From the IMG/VR virus record IMGVR_UViG_3300009648_000002, positions 1 to 35,960 of that record: DNA of 35,960 nt; one strand, 5' to 3'. Below, piece after piece: positions 17,180 through 25,134 of this stretch (position 1 is its first letter; every line of letters starts with the position of its first letter). Made by a program: the position numbers and the translations under genes. Source of the stretch: a virus. A model generated the notes under the pieces. That model worked only from the letters and a program-made list of their open reading frames with translations. It was not told where the DNA came from and searched no databases.

Positions 17180-17481
17180 TGGTGACGCTAATGGGGTTCA
17201 CAGAACTGATCAGAGGGAAAGGAGGCCCTATCAGGGGCCTCTATGACCTCGTACTCGTCGTGAAGGACAAATCCGTTGAGATAATCGGGCCAAGGACGGG
17301 TACGGGTGAGGAAGAGACAGTGAGCCACACCCTCGGCGCAACTCCTAGTAAGGTTGTTGTTGCCCTGGCATCAGTCCCTGCTGAAGGCGGAGCCTCAGCG
17401 ACGGTAGGAAACAAAACAGCTACTACAGTGAAAGTCACAGTGACTGCATCCGCCAAATACTACGTGATACTGCAGAAATAA
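17179..17481 (+). CDS. Hypothetical head-tail joining region protein (100 aa)
   Basis: Position between capsid and tail genes. Confidence 0.4.
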   Translation: MVTLMGFTELIRGKGGPIRGLYDLVLVVKDKSVEIIGPRTGTGEEETVSHTLGATPSKVVVALASVPAEGGASATVGNKTATTVKVTVTASAKYYVILQK

Positions 17482-17489
17482 CGGTTAAC

Positions 17490-17894
17490 TTGGAGGGTGT
17501 GTGGATGGTTTCAGTTGACACTGAGAAGATCATTGAAATGGTGAGCGTCTACGTGGACACACCATCAGATACCCTTGTTGATGGTGCGGTGGAGAATGCT
17601 ACTCAGACAGCGCTCCAATCACTGCGCACAGCAGGCTACGATGAGACTTCACTCGATGGGTACACTGAGGACACATACAGAGTGGCTATAGAGTTCTATG
17701 CTATAGCTGATCTGATCAGGGCACTCTATAATGCTAATGACTCCTCTGGGGAGGACCAGGTCAGGTATTACATGGAGCGTGGGGATCGTTTGATGCAGGA
17801 ACTGGTCATGGAACTTGACAGGAACTCCTTGGACAGTGAATCCAGTCCAGTGTCAGCCGTTAAGACTGATTACGTCTACAATACAAGGTATTGA
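17490..17894 (+). CDS. Putative head-tail connector/adaptor protein
   Basis: Position only. Confidence 0.35.
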   Translation: MEGVWMVSVDTEKIIEMVSVYVDTPSDTLVDGAVENATQTALQSLRTAGYDETSLDGYTEDTYRVAIEFYAIADLIRALYNANDSSGEDQVRYYMERGDRLMQELVMELDRNSLDSESSPVSAVKTDYVYNTRY

Positions 17895-18346
17895 GTGTGG
17901 GGGTGGATTGTGGGATGGTCTTTGAGATCGAGATAGATCGCAGCGTACTTGATGCCCTTGCAGGGGCCGCGGATAAGGTGAAGGACTACATAATCGCCGG
18001 CCTCGATGATTTCATGAGGAGCCTTGAGTCAGATGCTAAATTCAGCGCTCCGATCAGGACTGGGAATCTCAGGGCGAGTCATGTGATCTATGCTCCTGAT
18101 GAGTTCACCCGTGTCCTGACTGTTGACACGAATCAGGCCCCATACGCGGTGTTTGTACATGAGGGCACAAGTCCTCATGTTATTGAACCTGTCCATGCGA
18201 AGGCCCTGTTCTTTGATGGTCGCTTTGCGAAGAGGGTGCATCATCCTGGGACTCCACCCAACCCCTGGATGAGGGATGTGATTGAGGACGCTGACCCCAC
18301 AAGTCACATAGAGAACTACCTCTCACTCCTCCTAGGAGGTTTATAG
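17891..18346 (+). CDS. Putative head-tail joining protein
   Basis: Position; overlapping start. Confidence 0.35.
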   Translation: MSVGVDCGMVFEIEIDRSVLDALAGAADKVKDYIIAGLDDFMRSLESDAKFSAPIRTGNLRASHVIYAPDEFTRVLTVDTNQAPYAVFVHEGTSPHVIEPVHAKALFFDGRFAKRVHHPGTPPNPWMRDVIEDADPTSHIENYLSLLLGGL

Positions 18347-18347
18347 T

Positions 18348-18779
18348 ATGCCTGATTACTCCTACATCAAGGATATAGGTTCAAACCTTGTTGATCTTCT
18401 TGAATCAACAGGCCTGTTTGATGATGTACGGTTAGGGGTCCCAGAGAAGACTCCGCAGTTTAAGAGAGCTGTTGCAACTGTATACACGACTGAGGGCTCA
18501 TTTGAGAACACTATGGGGTCATATAACATACCAGTAGAGGCTAAGTCAGTTGTATTCGCAGTGTATCGCGGTACAAAGCCAGAGAGTTATGATAGGGCCA
18601 TGGATGACCTTACAACGATCATAGGGAAATTTAACAGTGACAAGGACTGGTATACAGTGAAGGGCGCGACACGCATGACAAGCATAGAATCATATCAGTA
18701 CATACCCCGAGCCGTTGGCCAAGCATTCTACACAACAATAATCTACACCCTCAAACATGACGTTAGACAACCCTACTAA
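18348..18779 (+). CDS. Putative tail completion protein
   Basis: Position only. Confidence 0.35.
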   Translation: MPDYSYIKDIGSNLVDLLESTGLFDDVRLGVPEKTPQFKRAVATVYTTEGSFENTMGSYNIPVEAKSVVFAVYRGTKPESYDRAMDDLTTIIGKFNSDKDWYTVKGATRMTSIESYQYIPRAVGQAFYTTIIYTLKHDVRQPY

Positions 18780-18808
18780 GATTATAAAACATTTTTTGAG
18801 GTGAATAC

Positions 18809-19792
18809 ATGCCACCAGTACGATATTTTGGTTTTAAGAAGGAAACAAGCTTCGGGACTGAGGCAACAGACTCCAAGTATGATATCACGATAGCAGAGTC
18901 AGTCAGCCTTGATGTCCCTGATGACCCTGTGATACCTTTACCCACATTATCCGCGTTCCCGCGCGGACAAATCGCAGGGTACTACGCGAACAAGGGCTCA
19001 TTCGAGTACCCAATAGATATCAAGACGATAGGATACCTCCTCTACTTTGGTATGGGAGGTTATACCTTCACTTCAGGGACACCAAACAACACACACGAAT
19101 TCTATGCCTCCCAATCCAAGACGCTACCATCATTCACGACACGTGTGGGTAAGGACACCTTTGAGCACGTGTTCCTGGGGACTGTTGTGAACAAGATGAA
19201 CGTCTCAGTAGAGGATGAAGTCGCGGTGATGAAGACGGATCTCCTCGCTAAGAAGGATAAGAAGGATAATATAAGGACAACCCTGAATGAGCCGAGCGGG
19301 ATATTCCCAATAGCGTTCTACAAGGTGAACGTATCGATTGGAGGCACTGATGAATCCCCTAAGATCAAGTCCTGGGAGCTTGAATATGATAATGGTATCA
19401 AGGAGGATTCTGGTCGCGGATTCGGATCCAGGTTCCCCTACGCATTCTATACAGGGGATAAGTCCTGTAGCCTCACCCTGAAGATGAAGGACGATGACAG
19501 TTCTATTCTTGAAGCCTTCTGGGGTGACAGTTCAGGTGCTAGTGAAAGCTCACCCGCCACATTCCAGGTTGTCACCACATTCGACGCCGGCTCAGCAGGC
19601 ACTATGACCGTAACATTCCCTAAATGTTACTACAAGAAGATTGACACATCAATTAAGGGTGCTGAGCCCAGGGAACCACAAGTAGAACTCGGATGCCTTG
19701 AAGATGAAGTAACACTCAATGATGGCACCACAAAAGTAACCACACCTTGCTATGTCAAGATAGTGAACTCCGAGACAAGCGTATCAACCTAA
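18809..19792 (+). CDS. Putative major tail protein
   Basis: 327 aa, upstream of the chaperone and tape-measure genes; RBS gaggtga. Confidence 0.45.
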   Translation: MPPVRYFGFKKETSFGTEATDSKYDITIAESVSLDVPDDPVIPLPTLSAFPRGQIAGYYANKGSFEYPIDIKTIGYLLYFGMGGYTFTSGTPNNTHEFYASQSKTLPSFTTRVGKDTFEHVFLGTVVNKMNVSVEDEVAVMKTDLLAKKDKKDNIRTTLNEPSGIFPIAFYKVNVSIGGTDESPKIKSWELEYDNGIKEDSGRGFGSRFPYAFYTGDKSCSLTLKMKDDDSSILEAFWGDSSGASESSPATFQVVTTFDAGSAGTMTVTFPKCYYKKIDTSIKGAEPREPQVELGCLEDEVTLNDGTTKVTTPCYVKIVNSETSVST

Positions 19793-19814
19793 AATGATAT
19801 AGGAGGAATTAGTT

Positions 19815-20258
19815 TTGAGTAAAAACAAGGAGAACATCCAATTATTTGAGGAACTCCTGAAAGGGAGGGAAGGATACGTTGAACACAAGGTTGAGGGTCT
19901 TGAAAGACCAGTGAAACTAAGACCACTTACATGCTCTGAGATACTGGAACTGCAGAAGATAGAGAAAGAGGGGATGAAGGCCACAATCGATATAGAGGGC
20001 CTCATGAATATGTCCCCAGGTGAGCGCAGAGCAGCTGTGAAGGACCAGACACAGAAACTGAAACAAGAACTTGACTTCGCGAAGACACAGGAGGCCAGGG
20101 CCAAGGTGAAAATGACCGCGGTGGCCTACTCCTCAGAGACCCCGATGGAGATAATCCAGAGGCTCCCTCACCGTGTCCTGAATGACCTGTTCATGAAGGT
20201 CATGGAGATCAGTAGCGTTTCAGAGGAAGAACTGGACACACTCAACCAATTTCGCTGA
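19815..20258 (+). CDS. Putative tail assembly chaperone
   Basis: Small acidic helical protein directly upstream of the tape-measure gene. Confidence 0.45.
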   Translation: MSKNKENIQLFEELLKGREGYVEHKVEGLERPVKLRPLTCSEILELQKIEKEGMKATIDIEGLMNMSPGERRAAVKDQTQKLKQELDFAKTQEARAKVKMTAVAYSSETPMEIIQRLPHRVLNDLFMKVMEISSVSEEELDTLNQFR

Positions 20259-20493
20259 AGAAGATGAAGGACGTATCCTTTGGGCTGTACACAACTCAGG
20301 GGCGCGTATATGTGACAGAGCATCAGACCTAACCGAGAAACAAAGAGTCTTCCTAGCCCACGCATACTACCTCGAATTGAGGGAGGAGCGCGAATTCCTC
20401 GCTAAGGCCCTCGGCGCGGAGGTTAGTGATGGGGGTGGAGGAGTCTCAGAGTCTATGAAACGGAAGGCGAGGAGGATGGCCCAACGGGTCTAA
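20194..20493 (+). other. Start-codon-less open frame overlapping the chaperone 3' end in the +1 frame; possible programmed-frameshift extension
   Basis: About 99 sense codons open in the frame at +1 relative to 19815-20258, with no ATG/GTG/TTG start until near its end. Confidence 0.3.
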
Positions 20494-20504
20494 ACCACTC
20501 CTCA

Positions 20505-20513
20505 TTTTTTTTT
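20505..20513 (+). terminator. Oligo-T tract (T9), possible archaeal intrinsic terminator or attenuator
   Basis: ctcatttttttttaggg just before the tape-measure start. Confidence 0.3.
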
Positions 20514-20524
20514 AGGGTGCATGT

Positions 20525-23500
20525 ATGGATGAGATAAGTGTAATTGTAAGACTATTAGACGAGTTCAGTGGGAACCTGTCCTCAATGGTAACAACTGCAG
20601 AGTCAGCCCTTTCAAGCCTCGAGGCCACAGCAAACTCATCATCTTCATCATTATCTAAGATGGGTTCTGCAGCGACAGAGTCAGGTCAGGCGCTGAGTGA
20701 AGCTGCGAAGGGTGCTGAGGAACTTGGGAGCTCCACATCGGCTATAAATTCAGCGCCATTATCTGATGTCTCAGGCGCTGCGAATGAAGCGAGCAATGCG
20801 TTGAATGACACGAGCCAAAGCGCTGAGAATCTCTCCACGAGTCTGACGAATGTGAATGCGAAGGATCTTATCTCAGCATCATCCAGCACCCGTGAACTTG
20901 GCACAGAACTTGATAAAAGTGCTGAAGCGGCTGATAAATTAGCTGATAAAACAAAGGAGGCTAATGAGGAGGTTGAGAAGACCGGTAAGGATACTGTGGG
21001 CCTTGCAGCCATCACGGCGGCCCTGAGCACACTGACTGCTGGGATGGAGATGGCTGCAAGGGAAGCAACTAACCTGAACGCAACATTCCAGAAGATGGGA
21101 TCAGCCAAGATGCCAGAGCCAGAGGTAAGGAGCTTCGTAGCATCTCTCATCAGCGCTAGACTACCACTTGAGGATGTCCTCGCCTACCTGAAGGTTTTGA
21201 AACAGAGCGGACTTCAGAGTGCTGACTCGTTACGTCGTGGTGTGTATGCTCTGAATGACCTCAGCCTTGCTACAGGCGTGAATAGAGATGAAGTTATCAG
21301 GTTTACGAATTCATTGATTGTTATGGGTGTCCGCCTCGATGAGATCCCTAAACATTATAATGCTATCGCATATGCTCAGGCGAACATCGTGGGCGGTTTT
21401 GGTACGTATATCAAGTGGATGGAGAAGTTTGACGCGTCATTTAAGGAGTTAGGGCTCACAGTGGATCAGACTGTTGTCCTCATCGCTGCAGCGACGAAGA
21501 AGTTTGGTGGTGGTCGTGCAGCGTACACTGGTATGAGCCGGGCGCTCAAGGAGTGTAATGGAGATCTCTCAGTCCTCGAACAAAAGTTAGGCTTGCAGCC
21601 AGGGCTCCTCAGCCGAGCATCCGCGATGACATCAAAGTACTCTGGGAGTATCGAAAAGAAATCAAAGATAATGAAAGAGAATGTCACGATATATGAGCGC
21701 CTCCAGGAGGGTGTGGAGAAGCTCCGTATTCAGTTCAGCTGGCTAATCGCCCCGATCCTAAGTGTAGGGGGCCTGATTGGGGGTCTTGTGAGTACATATA
21801 TGGCCTATCAGACGTACCAGTCAGCTGTTGCTACTGCAGCGAACACTCAGACACTCGCAGAGATTGCGAAGGCAAAGGCACTCTTCACATCCACCGTGGC
21901 GACAGAGGCCCAGGCTGGTGCTGAGACAACAAAGACAGCAGCAACTGTAACATCCACTCTTGCGACTGTGAGGAACACTGTCGCGAACCAGGCCCTCATA
22001 TTATCTACGTATGGTTCAGCCGCGGCCTTGCAGACTGCGGTGGGGGCTGCGATGGCCCACGCGGGTGCTGTGGCGGTCGACACGGAGGCCCAGAATATGG
22101 GTATCCTTGCATCCCTCAGGTACACTGCGGCGCTGGCCTGGCAGCGGATCGTCACGGCTGCGACGACCGCCTACACGTATGCCCTCGCGGCGGCTCAGTG
22201 GGTCTGGAACGCGGCCCTCGCAGCCTCCCCGATCACATGGATCGTCTTAGCTGTGGCTGCTCTTGCAGCAGCCCTTGTGTATCTCTACTATAATTATCAG
22301 CCAGTTACGGATGCTGTGAACAAGTTTGCAGAAGGTCTTAAGTGGGTTGGTAGTGTTATCTATGGGTACCTCCTTGGAGCGTTTAATGCGCTGAAGGGTG
22401 CTCTCTCTGGGGTTGGTTCAGCGATTCAGGGGGCTCTTGGCGGTGCGTTGAACTGGATTATGGGTGGTCTCAAGCAATTAGCTGGTTTCATCTATTACGT
22501 CTTCTTCTCGTTCAAGTTCGTGGATGATATGGCCTCCAGGTTCGGTTTCCTGGGCCTGGCGATATCATTCGCCATCAATCCAATCAGGACAGTCATTGAA
22601 TACGTGAAACAACTGAAGATAGCCTGGGATTCATGGAGCAAGACCAGTGAGGCCCAGAGGGTCTTCGCCGAGCTGGGAGCGGCGTTCAATGAGCTGAAGG
22701 CTGCGTTCGGTGAGGTCTGGGCCGCCTTGCAACCGGTCTTCAAGGCACTCGGGGAAGCGTTCAATGAACTCAAGAACGCGTTGTTCCCGGTCCAGGAGAC
22801 CAGCAGGGCTGTGCAGTCCACTGGTAAGAGCGCCTCCTCCGCGTCCGGCCCGATACAGGTCTTCGTGGAGATCATCCGGGCCTTCGCATGGATCCTCACG
22901 AACGTGGTGGTCCCAGCCATCAGGATACTGGCGGAGTGGATCCATTACCTCGTCCCTGTCTTCCAGGCCATTGGATTCGCCATATCCGCAGTGATACAGG
23001 TGATGGTGTTCATCGGGCAGGTGGTCTGGAACGTGATCACATTCCTCACGAAATTCGGTCAGGCCCTCCAGATGCTGATTAGTGGCCATATCACCTTCTC
23101 CCAGTTCATGAGCGTAGTCTGGAACCTGTTCAAGGCCACGGTTGGCCGGATACTCCTCGAGGTGGTCCTCGCAGTGGGCAGGTTCGGGGCACAGTTGATC
23201 GGGAAAGCTGTGGCAGCGGCTTTAGGATTCGTTAACTCATTCCTATCATTCATAAGGAGCCTACCTGGACGTCTCTGGATTATGCTCCTCATCGTAGTGC
23301 AGAGGATCATCGCATGGGCAAACAAGCTCAGGGAGATGGCCCGTCAGGCTGCCTCTAACTTTGTCTCAAAATTTATTGGAGGAATCACTGGACTCCCTGG
23401 ACGTGTGGGTAAGGTGATGTGGGATGTGGTGAACGCGATTAAGAACAAAGTGAATGACGCCTATAACGCGGCGAAACAGTTCGGTCAGAACGTGTGGAAC

Positions 23501-24937
23501 GGTATCAAGAGTGCGCTGCACATTAAGAGTCCGAGTATCATCTATAAACAGATAGAAGCCGACACAGCCCTCGTGAATCAGCGTTTCAGGAGCATGGCCA
23601 GCTCTGCAAGGGCTGCTGCAAGCACGTACGCGAAAGGGATACGTGAGGGTATGGATATTGCAGGGACAAATGTGCCTATAGACTCCACCCTGAAATCTTC
23701 ACCTGTTGCGGGTGCTGTGGATGAAACAAGGAAGGCAATCACTGACATGCATGGTGTCACAAGGACAGGACTCACTAACATCGTGAATACATGGAGTGGC
23801 ATCGAGGAAACAACACAGAAGACGCGTGACTCCTATAATGCTTCAGTGGATATCACACGAAACGCTATGACCACAATGAGCACCACGACAAAGACCACAA
23901 TGACCCACATCAAGACAGGGTTCAACTCAATGAAAACTGAAGTAATCTCCGCCGCCAGCCGCACAAAGACAGGAGTCACCGGGCACCTGAACACACTCTC
24001 AACCAACATCCGCAGATTCTACAACCTCGTCATGAACCCAGGGGCCGGTGGCCCCGCAGGAGGGCCCTCAAGAAGGGTGTTCACAACTCCCAGCATCCCC
24101 AAGCTTGGATGGGGAGGCCCGCCACGAGCCATGACACCCACACCACCCCTAACAGGCCCCGAAGCCTATACTGCAAGGGGAGCGCGCCGCCTCCAAAAAA
24201 TCGCTGAGGAATACTACAAGATGCTATCCTGCCCATCATGCTATGGGGCTGGCTGGGATTACTCAACGAGGATGACAGGATGGGTGAACCGGACAGTTGA
24301 CAGGTACCGTGTAGGTTGGCTCCCAGGGATCACCCTGAAAGCCGGGGATTTCTCAACGTATCCTCCACGAGGACTTGCAGGGAACCTTGCAAGGTTCATC
24401 CCATTCATTTCAAGCGTGATAGGGCGAACACATTACAGGTTCTATTATGGTGATAGTGGCCTGTCACCGGCCGAACTCCTCAGGGTAGGCTCATTTAACT
24501 GTTATGATGGGGCCCGCCTTGTTGTCGCCTTCGCCAGGGCCTTCGGGCTCCCTGCAAGTATCCGTTGCGGCTTGAGCTGGGGAGGTATACCCCATTGCGC
24601 AGCAAATGTCGCGGGGATGTGGTTTGACACAACCGCCTTCCAGCAAGGATATGGCTGGACAAGTCCCCGGGTAACAGGGTATGGCGGCCCAACAAGCCCA
24701 GATATAGGTGTGGGCCCTGCAAGGATTGAGCACCATGCAGGGGACGTCCACATCAACGTCGAAGTCAATGGGGCCGCGGGATTGGATGAGAAGGAACTCG
24801 CGAAGAGGATAATGGAGGCGGTCACGGATAACAGGACAATCAAACGCCTCACAAGCCACCCCGTCTTCCTCCGCAGATTCGATGAGGAGTACGGGAGGTA
24901 CGCTGTGAATGATGCGAGGAGGACTGGTAGCAGATGA
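20525..24937 (+). CDS. Tail tape measure protein with C-terminal Pei-like cysteine peptidase domain
   Basis: 1470 aa; serine/alanine-rich helical N-terminus, central hydrophobic segments, position after the chaperone. Confidence 0.8.
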   Translation: MDEISVIVRLLDEFSGNLSSMVTTAESALSSLEATANSSSSSLSKMGSAATESGQALSEAAKGAEELGSSTSAINSAPLSDVSGAANEASNALNDTSQSAENLSTSLTNVNAKDLISASSSTRELGTELDKSAEAADKLADKTKEANEEVEKTGKDTVGLAAITAALSTLTAGMEMAAREATNLNATFQKMGSAKMPEPEVRSFVASLISARLPLEDVLAYLKVLKQSGLQSADSLRRGVYALNDLSLATGVNRDEVIRFTNSLIVMGVRLDEIPKHYNAIAYAQANIVGGFGTYIKWMEKFDASFKELGLTVDQTVVLIAAATKKFGGGRAAYTGMSRALKECNGDLSVLEQKLGLQPGLLSRASAMTSKYSGSIEKKSKIMKENVTIYERLQEGVEKLRIQFSWLIAPILSVGGLIGGLVSTYMAYQTYQSAVATAANTQTLAEIAKAKALFTSTVATEAQAGAETTKTAATVTSTLATVRNTVANQALILSTYGSAAALQTAVGAAMAHAGAVAVDTEAQNMGILASLRYTAALAWQRIVTAATTAYTYALAAAQWVWNAALAASPITWIVLAVAALAAALVYLYYNYQPVTDAVNKFAEGLKWVGSVIYGYLLGAFNALKGALSGVGSAIQGALGGALNWIMGGLKQLAGFIYYVFFSFKFVDDMASRFGFLGLAISFAINPIRTVIEYVKQLKIAWDSWSKTSEAQRVFAELGAAFNELKAAFGEVWAALQPVFKALGEAFNELKNALFPVQETSRAVQSTGKSASSASGPIQVFVEIIRAFAWILTNVVVPAIRILAEWIHYLVPVFQAIGFAISAVIQVMVFIGQVVWNVITFLTKFGQALQMLISGHITFSQFMSVVWNLFKATVGRILLEVVLAVGRFGAQLIGKAVAAALGFVNSFLSFIRSLPGRLWIMLLIVVQRIIAWANKLREMARQAASNFVSKFIGGITGLPGRVGKVMWDVVNAIKNKVNDAYNAAKQFGQNVWNGIKSALHIKSPSIIYKQIEADTALVNQRFRSMASSARAAASTYAKGIREGMDIAGTNVPIDSTLKSSPVAGAVDETRKAITDMHGVTRTGLTNIVNTWSGIEETTQKTRDSYNASVDITRNAMTTMSTTTKTTMTHIKTGFNSMKTEVISAASRTKTGVTGHLNTLSTNIRRFYNLVMNPGAGGPAGGPSRRVFTTPSIPKLGWGGPPRAMTPTPPLTGPEAYTARGARRLQKIAEEYYKMLSCPSCYGAGWDYSTRMTGWVNRTVDRYRVGWLPGITLKAGDFSTYPPRGLAGNLARFIPFISSVIGRTHYRFYYGDSGLSPAELLRVGSFNCYDGARLVVAFARAFGLPASIRCGLSWGGIPHCAANVAGMWFDTTAFQQGYGWTSPRVTGYGGPTSPDIGVGPARIEHHAGDVHINVEVNGAAGLDEKELAKRIMEAVTDNRTIKRLTSHPVFLRRFDEEYGRYAVNDARRTGSR
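24431..24730 (+). other. Transglutaminase-fold Cys-His-Asp peptidase domain, pseudomurein endoisopeptidase (Pei)-like, within the tape measure
   Basis: SFNCYDGARLVVAFARAFGLPASIRCG...GGIPHCAANVAGMWFDTT shows ordered Cys/His/Asp in a G.CyD.A...A.GiPaR context. Confidence 0.55.
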
Positions 24938-25134
24938 CGGATAAGATAGTGCTCGGATTCGAGGCCTTCAGGGCGAATGGGAGCAGAGTAGTCTCAAGGA
25001 TCGAAACAAGCCTCTATAACCCTTACACTGAGGGAGTAACCTACGGTGTCAGCGTCCCAGCGATGAAGGTCTCAGGGGAGGATGATCTCTGGGTGCAGGA
25101 CGTCGGAGGATTCAGGGTTAGGGTGGTGATCTGA
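24934..25134 (+). CDS. Small tail-associated protein (66 aa)
   Basis: Coupled ORF between the tape-measure and large tail protein genes. Confidence 0.4.
   Translation: MTDKIVLGFEAFRANGSRVVSRIETSLYNPYTEGVTYGVSVPAMKVSGEDDLWVQDVGGFRVRVVI

Noticed and set aside
20686-24859. Numerous minus-strand and alternative-frame ORFs inside the tape measure gene
   Set aside because: All are contained within the long, coherent tape-measure frame and are typical antisense artefacts of Ala/Ser/Gly-rich coding sequence.
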